A stretch of DNA of 6,322 nucleotides from Zygnema circumcarinatum SAG 698-1b (taxonomy: Eukaryota > Plantae > Zygnematophyceae). The stretch spans positions 1 to 6,322 of the forward strand of contig JBBHKD010000074.1 of the NCBI GenBank assembly GCA_037447605.1, in the 5' to 3' direction. Made by a program: the position numbers and the translations under genes. The notes beneath the pieces were generated by a model. It searched no databases. It had not been told where the DNA came from and saw only the letters and a list, made by a program, of their open reading frames with translations. Below are positions 1 to 6,320 of this stretch, one piece after another (position 1 is the first letter of the stretch; each line of letters starts with the position of its first letter).

Positions 1-499
1 GACCCCTAGAACTGGCTTATCTTGTGGTGCATCTAGCGGTTTCCCTAAGGCTATGAACCTCTCCATCCAATGCATCCAAATCTGACCATATAAGCTTCAC
101 GAGATTTCTCCTCACAGGGAGGTGTCTTCAAATAACGCCCTAGGCGGGTGGGGCGACTATAGTCACATTGTCTTTCACATCATACATCTCACTCTAGACA
201 CTTCCATGGCGGGGGTTTTAGGATCATACAGCATAGAAGGGATATGGACTATATTACGCTCCTGTACTGCAATCTGCGTCGGGGCTTTGTTGTCCTTGGC
301 CTTCCATGCGTCTGCGCCGCGTGGGTAAGGCTGCTGCTCGGCGGCTCTAACCGGTAACTCCGGCGCGATCTTTGCTGCATCCAGCGTCGCGAGCGCGGCC
401 TTTGCCCACAAGCAAAGGCACCGGCTTTATGTCTCCAGCTTTGTAATCGCGCAGCGAAACGCCCCGGTATCGCAGACGGCGGTGCTCCGGCGTCACCAT
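1..499 (-). pseudogene. gag: Frameshifted Copia gag N-terminal half (Retrotran_gag_2/UBN2-like)
   Basis: Stitching minus frames gives MVTPEHRRLRYRG..., AWKAKDNKAPTQIAVQERNIVHI, WKCL / SEMYDVKDNVTIV, EEKSREAYMVRF and FIALGKPLDAPQDKPVL. This follows the remembered Copia gag order W..KD.KA...I......HI...W..L...Y......E.....Y..RF..L...L.ALG. Several frameshifts are needed. Confidence 0.7.
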
Positions 500-504
500 G
501 AAAA

Positions 505-515
505 CTCTGATACCA
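505..515 (-). promoter_or_regulatory. Primer binding site (tRNAiMet) of the Copia element
   Basis: Plus ctctgatacca reads TGGTATCAGAG on minus, 2 nt after the LTR terminal CA. It is complementary to the 3' end of plant initiator tRNA-Met. Confidence 0.95.
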
Positions 516-517
516 CT

Positions 518-981
518 TGTTGGTGGAGGGACTCCTGCCTCCAGCGCTGCTTGGAAAACTTCTCACTTTCATTATCACAACTTCCAGCCAGTTAAGTTTC
601 AATGATGATGACGTTTCCCAGAAACTCTCACTTTGCACTCATAGCCCATTTTACTCCATGAGTGAACCTCTCCAGAATATGCACAGCGGAATACTTGAGA
701 GAGAAAGGATGGGAGAAATACCGGCTCTAAAACTCCTTAATAATGATCTTAACACCACAATTGAGAGACCCCTCTCAAACTAGCCCAGCTCATTCAAAGC
801 CCACTACCTGCATAGCACAAGCAGGGTGTGGTAATTGCTTTCTTTCACGAGCAACAGCTTCTCGAGTCTACAATAGCTACTCTTGTGATCCAGAAGTTAT
901 GATAACAACCATACAAAAAAACACACACTATATACTATGTCACAACATCCGTGACACTACCATACATCGAAGCTCACAACA
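518..981 (-). repeat. Copia 5' LTR (464 bp; alternative outer end at 947 gives 430 bp)
   Basis: On plus it starts tgttg at 518, next to the PBS. caaca ends at both 947 and 981 give 5-bp terminal inverted repeats. Composition turns GC-rich just after 981, favouring that end. Confidence 0.8.
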
Positions 982-1495
982 TCGGCTAGCGGCCCGCAAG
1001 GGCCCTATCCCGATCCTCATCCTGCGCCGTGTCCGGATCCTAGTCGGCTCCCTTACCGCGAATCCCGTCACGTTTCCTTGTTGAGATCCATTCGGCCTCT
1101 AAGCTAATCACGTCTTGCTTAGCGCCCGTAGAGGATGCGTTACGCCTCAAGATTGATGGCCAGCGTCAAACTCGCGTCGTGCGCCGCGCTGCAAATACGG
1201 CAGCTCCATTACAATGAGTAGTGTCAGCGCCCGACATTTTTAGCCGCCGCTGTCAGCGTCAAAGTCCGAGTGGTTGTTCCAAAGGTTGATGCGGCGTAAG
1301 CGCCGGTCAGCGGCGCGGGAATTCAGCAGCGTAAAGCGCATCTTCAATTAAGCTCCGCGGCAGCGATCCGCGCCCGCGTCACTTTCCGATTCGTCGCGTC
1401 GCGCCTCGTCACTTCTGACTCCGCCGCGCCGCGCCTCTTCCACCGACCAAATGTCCGTACCGCCGCCTACTAACTTAGGCGCGCACCGCCGCCAA
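982..1495 (-). pseudogene. gag: Probable degenerate continuation of Gypsy gag (capsid region)
   Basis: GC-rich, same strand and directly downstream of the gag N-terminus. Fragments KLVGGGTDIWSVEE, LKMRFTLLN and PYLQR / AHDASLTLAINLEA loosely recall the retrotransposon gag patterns L.G.A..WW, F...F and GL.P.LQ......TL..AI.LA. Multiple frameshifts, weak match. Confidence 0.45.
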
Positions 1496-1543
1496 GGAAA
1501 CACACAACACAAACACACAAAACTAATGTTCCAACAAAACATG

Positions 1544-1849
1544 CTAACTATCATACACTAACACAATCCTGTTCCTCATCTTCTGGGCCGCGCCCACGGT
1601 GATGTGGGCCCCGATCATGGGGTAGGGCCCAGTTGAGGCTTCTACCGGAGCCACGGGCTCCGGTTGGGTGGGGAGAGGGGCGGTGTTCTCCGGGTGACCT
1701 TGATCACCCGTGGGCTCGGGACTCGGCCCCTCCATAGGGACGGGCGTAGTCTCCGAGTTCTCCTCCATCTCCTCGTCCCGGGGGACGGGAGGTGGAGGTG
1801 GCGGCCCCGAGGGCCCCGGGTCCCCTCCGGCCCGGCGAGTGGTCACCAT
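1544..1849 (-). pseudogene. gag: Gypsy gag N-terminus (P/E-rich disordered region)
   Basis: ORF MVTTRRAGGDPGPSGPPPPPPVPRDEEMEEN... begins just downstream of the PBS. It ends in an AT-rich segment at about 1500-1570. Confidence 0.75.
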
Positions 1850-1888
1850 GACCCACTAGGTTCTCCCAAAAGAAGAAGGCCGCAACGC

Positions 1889-1901
1889 GGCTCTGATACC
1901 A
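1889..1901 (-). promoter_or_regulatory. Primer binding site (tRNAiMet) of Gypsy B
   Basis: Plus ggctctgatacca reads TGGTATCAGAGCC on minus (13 nt), 1 nt after the LTR terminal CA. Confidence 0.95.
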
Positions 1902-1969
1902 ATGTAACGGCTGAGATCTGACTCCTTCAGCCTGCGCGGAATCACACACCAGCACTCAGAGTTCAGCGG

Positions 1970-1982
1970 GAGAGAGAGAGAG
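1970..1982. repeat. Short (GA)6 microsatellite in a purine-rich stretch of LTR B
   Basis: gagagagagagag read directly. Confidence 0.8.
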
Positions 1983-2102
1983 CAAGAGAGGCTTGAGGAG
2001 GAGAGAGTGGCGCAGCCACGAGGCAGGGGTGCAACCCGGAATGCCGATGCACGTTGGTTCCGCGGTCGAGGAAGGCCTGCAGCGGCGGCGGGTCGGACCT
2101 GA

Positions 2103-2144
2103 CGATCCGTCGTACCAATGGGTAACACGTTGTTATTTATGCGG
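2103..2144 (-). promoter_or_regulatory. Candidate LTR core promoter (TATA-like box plus downstream conserved block)
   Basis: Minus CCGCATAAATAA...TGGTACGACGGATCG. A counterpart, CCGCATAATATT...TGGTACGAGGATCG, lies at 5855-5890 in the other LTR. Function is inferred from conservation and position only. Confidence 0.45.
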
Positions 2145-2859
2145 GGCGAGCGAATCCAAAAGGGGATCCGGGCGCGGCGAGATCAATCAGCGGGCGGATT
2201 GGTCCGTGGTGCCATTAGTCGTGATCCTCCTCTCTGCGCTGAGAGGAGGGACCAACTTGTGGCGTGGGGCCATAGAGGGAGATTATGTGGCGGCCCCACG
2301 GGTGAACCAGTTCTTATGGTTCGAACCTAGGACCTCCGTCGTCCTATAGGGTATCCGATGCCCTAACCGTTAGGTACTGCATTGGATGGAAACATAAAGC
2401 CACGCCGGGCTCTAAGTAACCCTTCCCCCTTGGGGTGACTGTAGCGTTTCGCTACATCCGGTGTGACCGCTTCTTTTGGTTCCTTATGTCGATTTTCTCC
2501 ATGTACATTTGATGGCCTTGCCCCCCCGCCCCGCGAACGGCGCTTCCGACCGTTGCGCCTGCTGCCGCTGCCTCTGCCGCGGCCACATGGCAGCCTCTTG
2601 TTGTTGTCTTTGCGTTTTCCTGTCGCGTGTCTTGCTGCATTGCTCTGTTTTTGTTGTTTGTGCTTCTTTTCGTTTTTGTTTTTGTTTTGGTTGTTTTTCT
2701 TCTTTGTTTTCTTTAGCGGTTTTTTTTCTGTTCTAACGTTTCGCCTTGTTTTACGACATTTTTACGCGTAGCTTGTCTTCTTTGTGTTCGCGTTTTCCCT
2801 TTGTCTCTCCCCTTCGTCTCTTAGATCCTTGTGCTTCTTCTTTTTTGAGCGCTCTACTT

Positions 2860-3500
2860 TTATGCCCTTTCCACCCTTTTATTTGTTTTCTCCTTCCTTT
2901 TCCTTCTCCTTCGAAATGCACCTTCCCTTCCCTTCCTTTCCTTATTCCTCCACCTCCGTTTCCCTATCCCTTCCCTTCAATCCCTTCATGTCCCTTCCTT
3001 TTCCTTCTCCCCTTCTCATTTCCCTCCTTCCTTTCTCCCTTCCCTTCCCTTCCCTCTTTCCTCCGTTTCTCCTCCTCTCCTTTCCTTTCCCTCCTCCTTC
3101 CTTTTCCCATCCCTCCTTTCCGTATTCCCCTTTCTTCTCCTTCTCTCTTCTGTCCCTTCTCTTCCCTCCTCTTCCTTCCCTTTCCTCCGCCTCCTCTCCT
3201 TTCTTTCCTCCGCTGCTCTCGGCTCTTGGCCTTCACCCTTCCTTCCATCCCTTCCTTATCCTTTCCCTTTCCTTCTTTTCCGTACCCTTATTCTCCTAAG
3301 CCATTCCTTTCCTTTCCTCTCCCTCCTTCAGTCCTTCCTTCTCTTCCACTGCCCTTCCACTCCCTTTCTCCTCCCTTCCCACCACTTCCTTCCCTCATCC
3401 ATTCCAGCCTCCTTCGTCATGCCTCTTGATGGCTCCTCGTTTACCTTCCCTTCCCACCCCTTGCCTTGTCATCTTTGTTGCTCTTCCCCTCATCCCGTTC
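2860..3500 (+). repeat. About 640-bp polypyrimidine low-complexity tract (cctt/cccttc-like units) including (CCCTT)4 at 3037-3054
   Basis: The plus strand is strongly depleted in purines here. This explains the long P/S/F/L ORFs on plus and the R/K/G/E ORFs on minus. Confidence 0.95.
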
Positions 3501-5475
3501 TTCCCTACCTTCTTCCCCTCATTTTACTCGCTTGAGGCCTCTCCCCGGGTTCCTTGTGATCATTGTGGAAATTGTTTTTGGTCGAGTGCTTTGAGGTTTG
3601 TCACATTTGCAGCGGCGTGTCCTCTTAGATCCTCCTCCCATTGTCGACCCTTACTCCCTCTTCTTCTCTACCGTCCACTTTGCCACCCACAGGTCACCAT
3701 GTTGGGCCTAGTCCGGCTGCTTGGGCGTATGCTCGGTCTTTAGATGTCCTTGGGTCGTTTTTTGTTGGGTCCCGTCGTCCTCGTCTTTACGCTCGTATCC
3801 CACGGGCTTTGCGTGTTTGTGTTCGTGATGCTTTGCGTTTGCCTCTTGCTCGTCTTGCGTGTGATCCATCAGATGTTGCTGCTTGGCATGTCCTTCTTCT
3901 TTTCCCCCTTTGGGTTTTAATTTTGCCCCCTCGTGGTGGGGCCAGCGCCGTTCGCGAGACCCGTCGGCGATGTCTTCGTTTTTTGGGTGGGGATTGGGAG
4001 CTTTGCGGCCAGAAACACTTACGATGCGCGTGCGTGCCTGCAATAAATCTGCACTTCGCCCAGCCCTCCCTTTTCCGGACGCCCCTCCGGCTCGACATGC
4101 GTCCGGTTGATTAAGCGTCGCGAGAGTTGTCTGGCGCTCGCCGACGCCCGCTACGCGCCCGGCCAACAAGCGACACTTTGGATGCGCCGGACTCTCCATC
4201 AGGATGCGCTGCGAGATATCCCTTCCTTCACATGCGTACTTTTTGAGCTGTCGACTTCGTTTGTGCTGGTCGTGCGCTTTCATTGGGGAAACACTGCGCT
4301 CCCTCATTTGTCTGCCGGGGGCCTTCGGGCATGGTTTATGAGTTGCCGTGATGTGTTCTCGGACACGGGGATAGTGGGTTTGGTTTGCTTTTCGGCTTGC
4401 TTGCGTCATGCTCGGAGTAGAGTGTTCGTCAGGTGATGCGTATTCTTCGTCAGCTCACGTTTAGTTTGCCCTTGCCAGAAACTGCGAGGGGAGTTAAGCC
4501 CCATAGCCGTGGGGAGGTTTTATCGCGTAGTTGCTTTCCTTTACATGTGTTTTAGATTGAGACGCTTCGGGATCATTTTTCCCTTACGGTTGGTGTGGCC
4601 GACCCACGAGCTGCTTGAGGCGTAGTTCATGGCATTAGATGCGGCGTTGGATCTTCACCGATTGGGTTGTTTTGCGAGGTTGATGTGACCAAACGCTTTT
4701 TATCACGGTGGATCGTCATGAAGGATTTTTAGCGAGGTTAGGAGAGGCCTTTTGCACGATTCGTCCTTTTTCCTTTTGTGCGCACATTTTATTCTCGTTC
4801 GAGCCCGCTCCTTTTTCCTCTTGGCGATGCATCTGGTGGAGTGGCGACGGCGGAGTGCGACCCGGGACGCCAAGGCGTATAGGAGGGCGCTTTGTTTGCT
4901 TTGGCGCACGATGATGCGCTTGAGCTTCGTACGGGGCTTTTCGGGCTGCCTTTTTCCATCATTGGCCGACAATGCATATCATTATTTTTCTTGACAGTGG
5001 ATTGCAGCGTTTACTGATTTACTACTTTCGATTGGTACATTGTCGTTTGACGAGTAAATTTATTAAGTGTTTTTGCTTGGTCTCGGTTGAATTCCCTTCT
5101 ACCCTTCATTTCCTTGTGGTATCAGGACTTGTCTTTGATGGAATTGGTATTGGGTTTTAGTGCCCTTTACATTTATCTTATGTTGATCGTTTGTTATTGA
5201 TGCGCTTTGGTTGAGGATCGTCTCGGTCGATGAGCTTCCCGTCTTCGGATCTCGGGTGGCTTTCTTTGCTTACTTTCGTTGTTTTGCTTCGTCGAGTCAT
5301 ACCTTTTCGCAGCTCTCCCTCCTAACCTGCTTTCCTTGAGTCATTGCAATCTTTTCGATGGCGTTTGTTTTACGTATGTCATACTTTTGGGTCTGGTATT
5401 TTCGATGCGACCCGGTCGACACGCATCGCATAAACCTCGCTCCTATTCGGCGGTTTAGGACTCATCCGACAGTCG
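3429..5475 (+). pseudogene. Frameshifted single-ORF LINE protein: N-terminal zinc finger + reverse transcriptase
   Basis: Stitched motifs in order: CDHCGNCFWSS..SHLQ..CP (3555-3625); AWHVLLLFPLWVLILPPRGG...RRRCLRFLGGDW (about 3880-3997); SRLV..QKLRGELSPIAVGRFYRVVA (4455-4535); TLRDHFS..VGVA; VVHGIR; DWVVL.VDVT.NAF (Asp 4682-4684); GT.QG..IGG.LF..AH (about 4864-4910); CLFPSLADN.HII (4947-4985); KCF/DGI; FGGLGL (5446-5463). Confidence 0.88.
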
Positions 5476-6125
5476 TGTAACGGTGAAAACGCCTCTGACT
5501 GCTTGGCGGAATCACACACCCGGCGCTTTCAGCCAAAAGCGAGTTCGATTGAGAGGATTGAGAGAAACCCCGGTGAGGCGGCCGGGGTGGGCGTGCAACC
5601 GTATGCGGTACGTTGGTTGGGTGGCAGCAGTCACCCTGCGCCCTGGCTTTCCCAGGTGAACCTCTACCCGGCATGGAGGATTGGAAGCGAGGGGCATCGA
5701 TGGCAAAGCGCAGCGTGTCCTCTACGACTCGAATGGGTGAGGTGTACAATCTGAATGCTCGCCCAGCATTCCTTGGCGCCGCGCGCGCCGACAGCGCGCC
5801 CATCGCGTCGGAAGTGCGCGATGGGATCTACGGCGTAGCGGAGTCGGCTTAACCCGATCCTCGTACCAGCAGGCTTGAAATATTATGCGGACGGCCCGGT
5901 TCGTTCAACGTAAGGAAGATGTGGTGGAATTCCATGATCCACCGACCACATCGGCGGCTGCGATAAAATATATCTCGGTATACCGGCGCGCCGAACCCTT
6001 GCAACCTTAGCGAGTTGATCGAGACTCCGGTCCCAATTGGTCCAGAGCGCGGCATTTCGGCGCGCCGGGTGAGTACTAAGGCGGGCCCAAAGTACCTCCT
6101 TGGGTGGCCGTAGCGTTGCGCTACA
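5476..6125 (-). repeat. Gypsy C 3' LTR (650 bp)
   Basis: Plus tgtaacgg (5476) ... cgctaca (6125). It shares gcggaatcacacacc, tgcaacc, acgttggtt, cgatcc(g)tcgtacca, tatgcgg, attggtcc and the terminal gtagcgtt.cgctaca with 1903-2456. Candidate target-site copy agtcg at 5471-5475. Confidence 0.88.
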
Positions 6126-6138
6126 TTACTCCCCTGTG
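6126..6138 (-). promoter_or_regulatory. Polypurine tract (plus-strand primer) of Gypsy C
   Basis: Minus CACAGGGGAGTAA immediately before the LTR start TGTAGCG. The purine run is short (AGGGGAG). Confidence 0.65.
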
Positions 6139-6320
6139 AGGATGTGAACGCCCTGCGTTCGCGTGTCTTGAAGGAAATCAGTAAAAGCGGTTCGGCCAGG
6201 AATTTCAACGGCCTTGCTTGTCCGAGCTCTCACGTGATAGCAAGGAGAGCTGTGACCATCGGTCAAGTCCCTTCCAGGATTCTTGTAGGGGACGGCTCGG
6301 GAACCCCCGTGCCGCCCTGC
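6126..6320 (-). pseudogene. pol: C-terminus of Gypsy pol, possibly a degraded chromodomain
   Basis: A 64-codon open frame (AGRHGGSRAVPYKNPGRDLTDGHSS...TRTQGVHILTGE*) ends at TAA directly before the LTR. An adjacent frame gives SWKGL, so a stitched YK.WKGL.DGHSS resembles the chromodomain pattern Y.VKWKG....SW. Weak. Confidence 0.45.

Larger units (their letters stand above)
1..981 (-). mobile_element. Ty1/Copia LTR retrotransposon, 5' part (LTR + PBS + gag), running off the left edge
   Basis: On the minus strand an LTR with TGTTG...CAACA ends is followed by AG and TGGTATCAGAG (PBS), then an ATG at 499-497 and Copia-gag-like peptide blocks. Confidence 0.85.
982..2456 (-). mobile_element. Ty3/Gypsy LTR retrotransposon B, 5' part (LTR + PBS + gag), interrupted at about 982 by the Copia
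   Basis: Minus-strand LTR TGTAGCG...CGTTACA, then a 13-nt tRNAiMet PBS, then ATG GTG ACC ACT CGC (MVTTRR, a typical Gypsy gag start) about 40 nt later. Confidence 0.85.
1903..2456 (-). repeat. Gypsy B 5' LTR (554 bp)
   Basis: Plus tgtaacg (1903) ... cgctaca (2456) gives TG...CA ends with a 6/7 inverted repeat. It lies next to the PBS, and both ends are collinear with the LTR at 5476-6125. Candidate target-site copy tccgg at 2457-2461. Confidence 0.88.
2457..5475 (+). mobile_element. Non-LTR retrotransposon (LINE), CRE-like/REL group; 3' part cut off by the Gypsy C insertion; left boundary uncertain
   Basis: Zinc finger, pre-RT block, RT domains and the GGLG motif occur in the correct order on plus (3555-5463). 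Including 2457-3425 as leader is inferred from position. Confidence 0.75.

Noticed and set aside
517-1084. Plus-strand ORFs 517-783 and 743-1084
   Set aside because: They lie in LTR sequence, cross an element boundary and show no recognisable motif.
1468-1479. TACTAAC-TTAG on plus, resembling a branch point plus 3' splice site
   Set aside because: It is on the strand opposite gag, no plus-strand gene or donor is evident, and a single 7-mer is expected by chance.
492-1850. Both gag starts share gtcaccatg (492-500 and 1842-1850; both begin MVT)
   Set aside because: It is a 9-mer with no flanking similarity and also occurs at about 3693-3701 in an unrelated context, so coincidence or start-codon context is likely.
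2581-2612. ggccacatggcagcctcttgtt resembles the start of the HDV ribozyme (GGCCGGCAUGGUCCCAGCCUCCUCGCU)
   Set aside because: I could not build P2, P1.1 or P4. The candidate P1 3' strand overlaps P3 and has a mismatch, so the resemblance is probably superficial.
2746-3429. Long ORFs (227 aa and 171 aa on plus, 94 aa on minus) rich in P/S/F/L or R/K/G/E
   Set aside because: Pyrimidine-only or purine-dominated sequence rarely contains stop codons, so these ORFs are a by-product of low complexity. No domain is recognisable.
3708-4409. 233-aa minus-strand ORF and the other minus ORFs at 3787-4977
   Set aside because: They are antisense shadows of the LINE ORF; the conserved motifs are on the plus strand.
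1903-6125. A single intact LTR element bounded by LTR B and LTR C
   Set aside because: The PBS and PPT lie outside the pair, the LTRs are too diverged and differ by about 100 bp in length, and the interior is a LINE on the opposite strand.
5462-6208. ORFs within LTR C (5462-5803, 5503-5754, 5613-5852, 5849-6208)
   Set aside because: They are chance ORFs in a GC-rich LTR, and two of them cross element boundaries.
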